Assembly (NCBI GenBank): GCA_033442325.1
Contig: JAWQFM010000024.1
Location: 202,403-266,402 of the forward strand
From: Salpingoeca rosetta
Lineage: Eukaryota; Protista; Choanoflagellata
Direction of reading: 5' to 3'
DNA length: 64,000 nucleotides
In this document: positions 37,406 to 56,803 of the stretch, one piece after another
Layout of the letters: the number at the start of each line of letters is the position of its first letter
Position numbering within the stretch: position 1 is the first letter of the stretch
Made by a program: the position numbers and the translations under genes
Notes under the pieces: model-generated
What the model saw: the letters and a program-made list of their open reading frames with translations, nothing else
The model's database searches: none
Told to the model about the DNA's origin: nothing

Positions 37406-37892
37406 ATGGAAGGTGGTGGAGCGAGGTTTCGCGGTGGCCGCAGTCATCGTGGTGACGATGGCGATGCCAGTGGCAGCAGTCGTAATAGCGTGGGAGAAGG
37501 AGTTAGAGGGAGGCTGGCGAGTGCTAGGGACAGCTTGAAGGAAGCAGAGTACACAATCAAGGTGCCACGCGGGTTTGCGGGGCGATGCCGTGAGATTGAT
37601 GATTTCGAACGACTCGGCCGGCTTGGCGAGGGAACATACGGCATCGTTTGTACGTTATGGTACAATGCATGACAGAGGGAGGGGGGACCTTGTGTGTGTA
37701 CGTGTTTGTGTGTGCGTGTATGTGCATGTGTGTGCGTGCGTGTGCGTGCATGTACATGCGTGTGTGTGCGTGTGTGTGCAAGTACATGTGCATGTGTGTG
37801 ATGGTCTGCTTGTCCAGTTGAGTGAGTTAACGGCATGTCCCCTCTCACTTGCACGCCCTCAACCCAGGCACACACACACACACACACACACA

Positions 37893-37923
<31 letters not shown>

Positions 37924-39460
37924 GCTTTGCTGGCTGCAGACAAGGCCAAGGACATTGAAACAGGAGCCATTGTTGCTGTGAAGCGTATCAAGATGAAGGA
38001 CGAGCGAGAAGGTGTGGTGTGTTCTGTATTTTGTGCTTGCAATGTGCGTGGCTGGATGCATTGCACATGGCGTCAGCATCACGTGCGTGTGCGTACACGT
38101 GTACTTCTTGTCGTTGTCTGACTTACCCTGCGTCTTGTCTCTGATCATCCCACACACACACACACACACGCACGCACGCATACATTCGCTTTCACACGCA
38201 CGCGCACATACATTCGCACACACACACACACACACGCACACACACACACACACACACGCGAACACACACACGAACACACACACGCACGCACAAACACACA
38301 CACACACGCACGCACGCGCACACACGCGCACACACGCGCACACACGCGCCGCCTCCCGCCTCCCTATGTGAGCAGGCATGCCGCAGACGAGCCTGCGGGA
38401 GGTGACGACGCTCAAGGCCATGGAGCACGAGAACGTGGTGCAGCTGCTAGACATTGCCGTGGGCGGCGCACACGACCAAGTGTATCTTATTTTCGAGTAC
38501 TGCGAGCACGATCTTGCCTGGCTTGTCGACAACCTGCCTGCGCCCTTCCCGGAGACGGTGGCCAAGTCCCTCACGGTCCAGCTGCTGAAAGGCTTGCGCG
38601 CCCTGCACAGCATGTTCATCGTCCACCGCGACATTAAGCTCTCCAACTTGCTGCTGAACTCGCGCGGGTACCTGAAGATTGCCGACTTTGGGCTGGCGCG
38701 GCGCAGCGGCGACCCACCGCGTCCAAAGACAACCAACGTGGTCACGCTCTGGTACCGTGCCCCGGAACTGCTATTTGGGGACAAGGCGTACACAAGCAAG
38801 GTTGACTGCTGGTCCGCTGGCTGTGTCATGGGCGAGCTCCTGGCACACAAGCCCATTTTGCCGGGCAAGTCGGAGGTGTCGCAGCTGGACCTCATCATCC
38901 AGCTGCTGGGGACGCCAAACGAGGCAATATGGCCCGGGTTCTCGAGCCTGCCGCTTGCATCGCGGTTCCAGCTCACCGCGCAGCCCTATAGCAATCTCAA
39001 GGACGAGTTTCGCTTCATATCTGACCGCGGGATTGACCTGCTGCAGCGGCTGCTGACATACGACCCGCACCAGCGCTGGTCGTGCGATCGTGCGCTCGGC
39101 CATGCCTACTTCCGCGAGTTCCCCTACCCGTGCACCCCGGATATGATGCCGACGTTTGCGGTGGACGGCCGAGGCGACGAGGAGGCCACGGAGGAGAGGG
39201 AGGAGGCATGGGAAGACAGGGGAACCGGCAAGCGGCCGCAGCAGCCGCGGCAGCACAGCCGTGGTGGCGGTGGCGGTGATGGTGGTCGTGATCGCGATCG
39301 TGGTCGTGATCGTGGTCGTGGTGATCGCGATCGTGATGGTGATGATGGTGGTGGTGGTGGTGGAGGGCGTGGCGATGATGGCAGGAGCAGGAGGCGACGA
39401 AGAAGCAGTCCCTCCCACGCACAGCGATCCACGCGCAGCAAGGGCGATCATCGACGATGA
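37406..39460 (+). CDS. CDK10: Cyclin-dependent kinase 10 (CDK10/11 family), 3 exons, R/D/G-rich tail
   Basis: [37 protein letters not shown]|[53 protein letters not shown]. Confidence 0.88.
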
Positions 39461-39798
39461 CGTGAGACGATGAAGCGAGGTCTGCGTGCGTGTGTGAGTG
39501 TCTGATTGCGTGTGCGTGTGTGTGCTTGCAGGATGTGGCATGTTGTGAACAGAGTGAAAACCGTTACAAAGTAGCATCGTATTGTGTACACGAGAGCCAC
39601 TTGAATGAGTGGAGACAGTTGAGACAGTGGAGCGAGAGGAACACAGCCACACACAGCAACCAACACACGCACAGCAACCAACACAAACCCGCACACTTCC
39701 CCCCTCCAATCCAAACAAAACCCGCGAGCATTTGATGGAAAATGTTGCTATTTTTCCCAGGACCCACTGCTCCAAAACCACGACGCAACGAACCCAAT

Positions 39799-41425
39799 AT
39801 GAAGCTGCTTGTGCTGGCTGCTGCTGCTGTCGCGGCGCTTGCCGTGATGACAACCGTCTCTGCTGCTCCCACCCCTTCTGCCATGACCTTCGAAGAGGTG
39901 TGCATGTGTGTGTGTGTGTGTGTGGGTGGGTGTGTGTGTGGGTGTGGGTGTGGGTGTGGGTGTGTGTGTGTTGGAGTGTCGATGCGTACTATATTGCGGT
40001 GCATGTGTGTGTGTGTGTGTGTGTCAACTTGCGGTGCATGTGTGCGTGTGTGAATGCGCTTCTCCTGAATCACGTCTGTCATCCCTGTCCACCGCCCTCA
40101 CAGCGCGTCGCAGCCACTCGCACCCCCTCACACGCCCTCGCATGTGTGCATGCGTAGTTCAAAGACAAGTACAACAAAGTGTATGAGAGCGCCGAGGAGG
40201 AGGCACGCCGGGCGGCCATCTTCCAGGAGTCCCTAGACTTTATTGAGAAGCACAACGCCGAGGCCGCTGCTGGCATGCACACGTATCTGGTTGGGGTGAA
40301 CGAGTTTGCCGACCTGACGCGTGAGGAGTTCCGCCAGCACCACGTCACGCGCCTGCCATTTGACGACGACAAGCGCGACCCCGTCACCGCAACGCTGCAC
40401 TTGGACGAACACGCCGTCCACGCAGCCGACAGCAACGGCGACAGCAGCGGCATTGACTGGCGCAAGCGCGGGGCCGTCACGCCTGTGCGCAACCAGGGCC
40501 AGTGCGGCAACCCGGCCATCTTTGCCGCGGTGGAGGCCGTGGAGGGCATGCACGCCATCTCCAGCGGCAACCTTGTCGAGCTCTCCACTCAGCAAGTGAT
40601 TGACTGCTCCGGCACACCGGGCTGCAGCGGTGGCTCCCTCGTCTCGTTCTTCAAGTGCGTTTCGTAGACTTTGCGTCCCCACGCTTGTTTGCGCGCGGGG
40701 GTGTGTGCATGTATGTATGTGTGCGTGTGTGCGTGTGTGTGTGTGTGCGTGTGCGTGTGCGTGTGCGTGTTTGTGCGTGTTTGTGCGTACGTGTGTGCCT
40801 GTATGTTGGCTTGAATGTGAGTGTCCAAGCATCTCTCTATCTCTCTCTGTTTCTCCCTGTGTGACTGCGCGTGCCCACACGCGATGTACACATAGCCGTG
40901 CTTGTGCTGCGCTGCCACACCCACCAGCTTCCTTGCACCAACACCACCAACCACCAACCAACCACCACTGCCACCAGGTACATTGCGCGAAACGGCGGCC
41001 TCGACTCTGCTGCAGACTACCCCACCTCTGGCGCCGGTGGTCAGTGCAACAAGGCAAAGGAGGCACGCCACGTGGCCAAGGTTGGCGGATACAGCGTGGT
41101 CCCGCCCCGCAACGAGACCAAGCTTGCCGCGGCCGTGTTCAAGATGCCCGTGGCCGTGGCCATCGAGGCAGACACGCCCTCGTTCCAGATGTACACGAGC
41201 GGGGTGTACTCGGGCCCGTGCGGCACGCAGCTGGACCACGCGGTGCTGGTCGTCGGCTACACGGACGAGTACTGGATTGTCAAGAACAGCTGGGGAGCCT
41301 CCTGGGGTGACCAGGGTTACATCATGATGAAGCGCGGTGTTGGCGCCGCTGGTATCTGCGGCATCACGCTCGATGCCATGTACCCGACGGCCACCAACGC
41401 CACCGTCGCCACCCTCCACCTCTAA
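39799..41425 (+). CDS. Papain-family (cathepsin L-like) preproprotein with catalytic Cys replaced by Pro; 3 exons
   Basis: Signal peptide; I29 prodomain (EEARRAAIFQESLDFIEKHN, GVNEFADLT); IDWRKRGAVTPVRNQGQCGNPAIF; LDHAVLVVGY; WIVKNSWGASWGDQGY. Confidence 0.9.
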
Positions 41426-42211
41426 TGTGCTCGCCTGCTTGCTGCCATCGTCTGCTGCAGTGCCGTTGTCCCGCGCCGTGGCACATGTTAACTCAGTGCC
41501 ATGTTGCTGAGCCGTCGTTCGTGCTCTTGACACCTGTTTGCGTGCTGCTGTCACTACCTGCGTGCACCGTGCTGAAGCGCCTGCGTTGTGAAATGCCTGC
41601 CTTGCGTTATGTTGCGTGCACACGCGCATACACAGCGTCCTCCTCTTCCTCCCTTGTTTGCCCAAGTTCCTTTTTCGCAATGTCACACAGCCATGCTCTG
41701 CATGTTGGGCGACTGTCTTCCCATGCCCGCCCTCTCTCTGTTCTCGCGTTACACACACGTTGCAGTTGCGATGTCGTTACAATCGCACCATCGTTTATCC
41801 GACCAATGCACACACCAACAGAACTGCTGCTCAGATACGAGTGGCGGGTGGTGGCGGGGAGGGGGAGGGGAGCCAGGAGCGCATCTCACATCAGTCAGAC
41901 AGTGCCGAAGATATATGTGAGATACATGTGAGTGAGTGAGAGAGTGAGAGAGAGCTGGTCCATCCGAGCTTGCTTGCTTGCTTACTTGAAGCATCCGTGA
42001 TCGCATCCTTGCCTGCTTTTCTGTTTGGTGATTGAGAAGTGCAACAGCGAAAAACAGCACTGGCGCCGACATGTCGTCGGCATGCGCATTCGCCCACAGC
42101 TGCCTGCTCCCAGGACAACCGTGCGAGCCATGCAGTGGAAATGGCGATGGTGATTGCGGTGGCGGTGCAACGCAGCATCACGGCATATGCTGCAACGGTA
42201 CTGTCCCCATG

Positions 42212-43147
42212 TCATCGCTCAGCGCCATGGTTGAGCACGTCTCCGAGGGCGAGGCGTCCATCGCCGTTGCCGTCCAGCATCGAGAACGCAGTCGCCAGCA
42301 TTGCCGGTGGGAGGTGCGGCGCGCACTGCAGTGATTGTGGAGACGCAAAGGTGAATCAGGGTATGCACTTGCGAGCGGACAATAAGAAGCAAGGGGTGCA
42401 AGTCGGGTGGGCAAAACCCAACTCCACCAATCATCTTCCTCTCCGTGTTCATTCAAGCATTCACAAACATAACACGCACGCACATCATGTAAAATAAAGC
42501 ATTCTCCCACACAGACACACAGACACACAGACACAGACACACAGACAGACAGACACAGACATACACACACATATCGTGCAAAACATTCTCTCACGCATTC
42601 GCCAAGCCCCCCCTCCCCACTCTTACGCGCACGTCATGTACAGCATTCTCCCACGCATTCCCCCAAGCCCATCCCTCCCCACTCTTACGCACACCGCGCG
42701 CCCACTTCTCGTCGCATACTTGTGAGGCGGCGTGAACGAGATCGGATGGTTCGAGAAAGCCCTTGCCAGTGGTGTCAAGCGCAGAGAAGGCGTGGTGTTG
42801 CAGGTTGTTGCCAGTGGAGAACCAAGACGGTGGCAGCTGCGCCACGATGCGCCGCGCGTCCGAAGATGTCACCCCGGATGGATGTGCAGCCAGCACGGCA
42901 TCCAGCGTGTGGACGCTCACGTCAAACCCGAGCAGTGCCAGAAAGAACAGCCCCACATCCGCTCGGTTCTCCAGCCGGCCTCCATCCCCGGCAACCAGCG
43001 CAAACGCCTTTGCAAGTCAGGTGTGTGTGTGTTGTGTGTGTGCATGTGTGTGAGCATGTGTGTATATAAGGGGAGTCAAGTGAGGAGGCGGGTCGAAAGA
43101 GAGAGAGAGAAAGAAAGAAATAGAAGCACACACACACACACACACAT

Positions 43148-43187
<40 letters not shown>

Positions 43188-43288
43188 ATCTGCACACACA
43201 CGCATCTCACAGCCAACCGTATCCGCCGTTGCCGTTTGTGTTTGGAACGGCGATGCCATTGTGGCGGATTTGTGAATGACTTGCACAT
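42212..43288 (-). CDS. EF-hand protein, EFCAB11-like; 3 exons
   Basis: HAFSALDTTGKGFLEPSDLVHAASQ|CAPHLPPAMLATAFSMLDGNGDGRLALGDV. Start is ATG at 43288 or 43259. Confidence 0.7.
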
Positions 43289-43338
43289 ATTTTCGCTCTG
43301 ACAAACCAACCACCACAAATACAACAACAGCGCCAAAG

Positions 43339-48524
<5,186 letters not shown>

Positions 48525-48595
48525 GCACACGCCACGAAGCAATCCCACTCGCACGCTTCCCAATCACTGTCATGTAGTCGCCCAAACGACTCCCC

Positions 48596-48633
<38 letters not shown>

Positions 48634-50023
48634 CATGCATAACACACACCCACACACACACATGTACACGCATCCATCACATCACGTTGCTGCATTGCTT
48701 TTCGTTTACTTGTTTCTTGAACTGTCATTGGCAGAGCAACGAGAGAGATAAAAATAAGCAAAAAGCGAACAAGGTGGCAAGCAAGCCACACCAACAGAGC
48801 AGTGCTTGCACGCATGTACACAGGGCACAGTGCGCAAGGCACACGCAATGTCTGTCTGTCTGCACAAAGTAGGATGAACACGGATGCGTGGGATGGCAAG
48901 CTTGGGTGGTGAAGTGAGCTGATACAGCAATCCAAACAAAGACAGGGGGGAAGAACACGACAATGCGGAGCCGCATCAGGGAGAAAGCTATGAATGACAT
49001 AAAGCACAAAACGAATATGCATTGCCTTAGAGATGCTGATTAATCATGCACATGCACAGTTCATGGCCATCACTGCAGGTGTGGGACAGAGTGGAGGGAG
49101 GGGGGCTGCGTAAGCCTCGAAAGAGCGAGGATACAACATGCCCTCGCCACGCCCACGCCCACGCCCACGCCAGCAACATGCAAGTGACGGAACACCAGAA
49201 CTGAGCAAGCGCGTGCACTGAAAACAGCAGACGAATGGCGAGTGCCCGCCAGTGCTCCGAGCAAGCAAGCAAAGAAATCAAAGCCAGCTTGTTTGCTTGC
49301 TTGCTGTCGTTGGAGGCGGCTGAGGGGGCAAGAGCGCCAATACGTGCGTGATCAGGCTGATTAAATGACTGGAAGGGAAACAAGAGTCAACATGTGGCGA
49401 TGTGGTGAGAATCGCGCGCATGCAACAGGCGGTGAACTGTGCCAGCACAACCGCAAGACTTCCAGCTGCTTAGGGGGGAGGGTAGGGGGTTGAATAAGGG
49501 TGTCGTGTGCACGTGGAAGCGGAAGGGGGGAATTAGGGTGCGCAGTGAATGCTGCTGGTGCACAAGTGCACGCAAACGAGGACCGAGCGCCGTAAACATC
49601 CACACACGGCAAGCACACACACACACACACAAGGGGTGGCGGGAAGCACAGCAAATAGCAACATGCCTTGACACGAGGCAGTGGGGGGGGGGAATGAAAA
49701 TGGAAGAAGTGATCTACAACAGAAGAGCCGCAGCGACGAAAACGGACACACGAGCGCCGTCTTCGCGCATTGTGGGATGGGCGGCGAGGCGGTCTTGGCT
49801 GCGACAAACAAATAGACACGCAGCAAAGGGCAATGAATGGCGCCGGAGACAACGGCCATAGAAAAAAAAGGTGTTAAGAAGGGCGTAAGAAGCAGAAGGC
49901 GTATTGACAACTACATCGTGTTGACATACAAAGGAGGAGCGGGCTGACAAAGGAAGAAGAAGGGGAAGGGACAGTCATCGTCGTCGTCGTTGTTGTTTGA
50001 CTGTTGTGGTGGGGTGTTGTTGT

Positions 50024-52811
50024 TTAGGCGCAGGTGGCTGTTGGCCATGGGGTGACAATGGCGGCAGCAGCAGCTGCTGCAGCAGAGGCGGCCTGGGCCT
50101 GCTCGGAGGTGGTGGTGGGCTGCTCCGGCGCGGTGTCATGGGAAACAATGGGTGCTGCCGGGGCGGACGACGGGTAGAGCAAGCGCGGCAGCTCGTCTGC
50201 ACGGTCGATGATGACGTCCGTGTAGTTGGAGAGCTGGTCTCGCGTGCATGCGCCAGAGAGGACGGCAACGCCGAGGCCGAGGTTCGCGTTGCGGGCGAGC
50301 AGGAGGTCGGCAAGCGTGTCGCCGACGACGGCGCACTTGTTCCTGCGCAGCTGCAGCTTGTGGACAATGTGGTCGGCCGCCTCGGCCTGGGGCTTTGGCG
50401 CGAACATGTCCGAGCCCGTGACCAGGGCGTCGACGAGGTGCAGCACGCCCAGATCAGCGAGCACGAGCGTGGTCACGTCGCGGTCGTCTGCAGTGACAAT
50501 GGCCACCTTGGTGCCGTGGTCCTTGAGGGTGGAAAAGAGGGCCTGGACGTCAAAGAGCGGCGTCTGGTGGGCGGCGAGGTCAAGGTCCGCACGCCAGGCG
50601 CACACCGTGGACGACGCCTCGTGGTACTTCATGCCCGTTTCCCGGCTCAACTGCACAAACCAACACAAGCAGGAAGAAGAAAAAGATGGAAACAAACGGC
50701 AAGGGGGGGGGAGACCGGAGAGGAAAGAAGTCAAGGAAGGAGGGAAGGAATGACCAAAGGAGAACAGCAGCGGTTGAGGTGAGTTGACGATCACACAAGG
50801 CATCGCAATAATGGGCACCAAGCACACCACACCAGGCCCCCTCGAGTGTGTATGGGTGTGGTCTTGTCTCTCCACATCCTGGCCATTGTCATGAGGGATG
50901 TGGGGGGAACAGAAAAGAGGAAGGCCCAATGTGTGGTGCGGTTGTTTGAAATGTGGGTGGCGAAAAAGTGGGGAAGTTGTGTGATGGGTGGTGTTGTTGT
51001 TGGTGCTGTTGTCGACAGAGAAAAGAGAGAAAGGAAGAAAGAAAAAAGGGAAGGGTGCGGCATGCGTTGTGCCGGCCTACCGTTGAGCAGAAATGCACAA
51101 AAGGAGCACAACACTACTCTCGCAACCCTCGCCCGCCCGCCACAACACAGGCGAGCTGCGTGTGTGCGGTGCCAACGCAAAAACGTCAAGCGGGCTACAA
51201 ACGGGGGGAGGACCCCCCCCCCCGCGGCCGTTGGGAACAAAGGAGAACAGCGGGTTGCCCCAGCCATTTCCTGATCCGCAGGCCAAGCCACGACAAGCCG
51301 ACCGCAGTTGCTTCGCACCACCACGCACACCACAAAGGGATGAACGGTGGGTGGCACCAGCGGAGGCGGGCAAGGGCGCGAGAGCAAGTGCGTCCGCATT
51401 CCATGCAACCAAAGGTGCATGGTGTTAAACGCACACAGAGCGTGCGTGTGGCATCTTATGGTTGATGTGGTGCAACAATGAACCAAGCCAAACACCAGAC
51501 TGGGAGGGCGTGCACATATCAACGAGCGAGAGGCAAAATATCATCTTCGTTTGTCTCTTTTCCCAGTTGTGCGTGTTGCGTGTTGCGCGTGTGTGTACCA
51601 AACACAAGCCAAACACCAACCTTCCTCATTCCCACCCACCAGTCACACAATAAAGTGCACACACGTTGTCTTGGTGTCTTGTCATCATCCTCATCATCGT
51701 CACCCTTCATCATCATCATCAACAATCATCGCCCCTTGCTTCATGTCGTGTGTTGAGTGTTGTGCTGTGTTGGGATGTGCGTGGCTTCGATACCTCAAGA
51801 GAGACGGAGTCGTAGATTTCCTTCCAAGGGCGCATGGCGAGGATGCCGTCACCAGAGACTTGTCCCGTGCTTGGATCCACGCGCAGCAGGTCAAATAACC
51901 TGGAAAAAAAGGGGAGGGGAGAAATAGAGGGGAGGCGGAGCAACAACCAGACAGATAACACGTGAGAACACGTGATTTTGTGTGCGTGCGTGTGTGCGTG
52001 TGTGTGGAGAAAGGGAAGTGCACGCAAAGACATGAAGGAGGCACGAAGGGAGACGAAAAAAAGGAAGAGGCCCATGAGGCCCATCCACGAGGCCATGAGA
52101 ATAACACGCACCCGATAGCCACCCGACGAGACACCACCGATCTCTCAAGAAAACTCACTTGTTCTTTGCGTCGGCGCCGCAGTGCTGCTCAAAGTGGTAG
52201 CCAATGACCGAGGTCCACTCTGCGTAGACGCGCGTCTGGTCGACGAGCGTGCCGTCCTTGTCGAAGATGACGGCGTCCCACTCCTCGTTGCTGCCGTGGA
52301 GGATGGAGTGGTCGAAGCGCGTGTTGATCTTGAGCGGGGATGGGCCGCGCGGCGCGGGCTGGCCAGGACTGCTGCCGTTGGCAGCGGGAGCTGTTGTGGC
52401 GCTGCTATTGCTGGCGCCGATGGCGGCCGATGATGATGCGGCCGATGCAGACACGCTGCCCGGCGCCAGCTGGGAGCGGGCGAGGCGCGAGGCGCGGGCA
52501 GGCCTACTTGACGACCACGCGCCCAGCACGGGCCGCGTCTTATTGGAGAAGGCGCGGCGGTGACTCACCGGGGCGGTGGTGGTGTTGGTGGCGGTGGGCG
52601 CTGTGGCTGGTGACGTGGCTGAACTTGATGTGGGCACACAGGCTGAAGAGGAGGCGGGTGCTGTTGCACGTGCTGATGAGGGTGCCGCTGTTGCTGGGGC
52701 TGCCGTTGATGTTGAGGTGGAGGAACTTCTTCGCGCCAGCGCAGCCAGGATGGTGGAGGACGACTGTCTCGCACTACTTCTGGCCGTGGCCGTGCCCAAC
52801 ATTAGCATCAT
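50024..52811 (-). CDS. HAD-superfamily phosphatase with long Ser/Ala/Arg-rich N-terminal extension (possible mitochondrial presequence); 3 exons
   Basis: Motif I AVIFDKDGTLVD; VAIVTAD; APKPQ; VVGDTLADLLLA. Exons about 52811-52159, 51899-51794 and 50650-50024. Confidence 0.85.
51055..51422 (-). ncRNA. Candidate structured intronic RNA element, family not recognised
   Basis: About 28-bp stem 51112-51140/51360-51390 with G-U pairs, nested ggugcca/uggcacc helix, GGG-GCAA-CCC tetraloop hairpin and other hairpins. Paired by eye only. Confidence 0.4.
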
Positions 52812-53886
52812 ATTGAAGGGTTGTGATGGGGATCAAGGATGGATGATGATGATGATGTCGTGGTGATGACGATGGGACGAGGAGGAGAAGTGCCACAAAT
52901 ACAACAACCAAGGGGGAAATGGCCTGTTTGTTTGTGTTGTTTTGTGTGGATTTGATTGAGGAGACAAAGTAATGCGCTCGAGGGCTGGTTTGGTGCAGGG
53001 AAGGAATGGATTGGATTGGGGGGGGGGGTTGCTTATGATTGTGGTCGGGCTAAACTTTGCTTGCCGCTGCTGGCTGTCGTTGTGATGATGATGATGATGA
53101 TGGCGATGATGGCTGGCGTGGTCGTGCTTGTGTCATGCATGCGACAAGCCCCTTGCTTGCTTGTTGCTTTGTTTGGTTTGCTTTGAGCTCGTTGGGGTTG
53201 GAGAGGAAAATGGACCGGACAAGGAGAACGCACCAAACCCCTGAGGTGTTTTGCGAGGGATACGCCCGGCCGATACACGTCGCTTGCTGTTTGTTTTTGT
53301 TCTTCCTTTGCTTCTTTCTTCTTCTTCTTGTTGCTTCCTTTTCTTGTTGCTTCTTCCTCGTTGCTTCACTTCTTCTGTTTGGTTGCTGCCGTTGGCGGGA
53401 GGGGGGTGTTTGAATGGTTCCAGGCTGTTTTTTGCGCCTCCACCGATTCTGCGTCACAAGAAGCACAAGGGCAGCCTTCGCGGTTCCGAAATAATTGTAA
53501 AAAACAGCACAAAGCGTAGCATGGATGACTCATCGATTTTTTGTTGATGTCAGCGAAAAAATGGCTTGGTGGGCTGGCTTGACATGAGACATGACTCACC
53601 AACGACAACCAAGCGACAGAAAAGGCGCATTTGCGTTGTTCGTGCAGAAGAAGAAGCCGAAGCCAGACGAACGAGCGAGAGCGACACAGCCAAACACACG
53701 ACAGACACACGACAGACACAGACACAGACACAGAAGGAGGGATCGAGTGATTCCACAGCACAGGCAACAAAAGGCAACAAACAAAGACCGCCAAGCACAG
53801 GCATTGCGTCGCAGACGGGGGAACAAGGAAGAGCGCTTGCTTCACATCACATCATATTTTTTTGACATCGACAACAAACCGCGACA

Positions 53887-55960
<2,074 letters not shown>

Positions 55961-56317
55961 TGATGGCGTTGATAAATTTCGTGCAGACCGTACGTGTGGT
56001 GTGTCTATGTGTGTGTGGTGTGTGTGTGTGTGTGACTTTCAGTCGTACACATGCGTGCTGCCGCTTCATCTCTTTCAAGCTGCTGACAACCACACTATTC
56101 CCCTGTTCGTACACGTGTCAGAGACAGAGACAGAGAGGGCGTGGGTTTGTAAATGTGTGTGTACGGGTGCATGGGTGTGGGTAGTTGTCTACATGAGGCG
56201 TTGTACTGCGTTTGTGTTGTGTTGTATGTGCATGCATTTCTTTTTGTCCCTTGCTTGTGTTTTCATGAGCATCGAATGAGCGACCCCAACAATCAACAAA
56301 GCAAGTCAAAGCAAAAG

Positions 56318-56356
<39 letters not shown>

Positions 56357-56803
56357 GTACACACACACGTGCACACACACACACAAGACACACACACACA
56401 CACAAGACACACACACACACAAGACACACACAAGACACACACACACACACACAAAAGACACAAGACATCACAGTTGGTCGGAAAATTAATCGGAGATATT
56501 GCAAATTGTCTACTTCTCTGGCAATTGCTCATCAACACACACCGCCACGACGACAACAACGAAGAAGCCAACAGGCAACACAGACAGGCAGCTTGTGATT
56601 GCACAGCCAAGCAGCAGACAGGAGGCAGCCAGCAGCGAGCGAGACACGGAGCGTGGTCAAGGGTTGCTGTGCCTGTTCTTCGTGTTGTGACGCGCCTTGT
56701 GGACACAGACAAAGAGAGACAGGCTCACGTGCCGGATAGGGAGAGCAAAGGAACGACGACAAGCGAACCAACGTGCCACTATTCTGAGCAGAGCGAGAGC
56801 ATC

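Noticed and set aside
48525-50023. Hidden gene in the 1.5-kb region between TCAF and HAD
   Set aside because: No ORF with coding-like composition or motifs; consistent with convergent 3' UTRs.
51400-51422. gcaacc-aaa-ggtgc resembling SAM-I riboswitch P3
   Set aside because: It is antisense to the host gene, and the P1 AUC/GAU, kink-turn and pseudoknot elements are absent.
51055-51422. Assignment of the intronic structure to TPP riboswitch, SRP RNA, RNase P/MRP, U3 or telomerase RNA
   Set aside because: Diagnostic motifs (CUGAGA, SRP helix 8, CR-I/CR-V, C/D boxes, telomeric template) were not found by eye.
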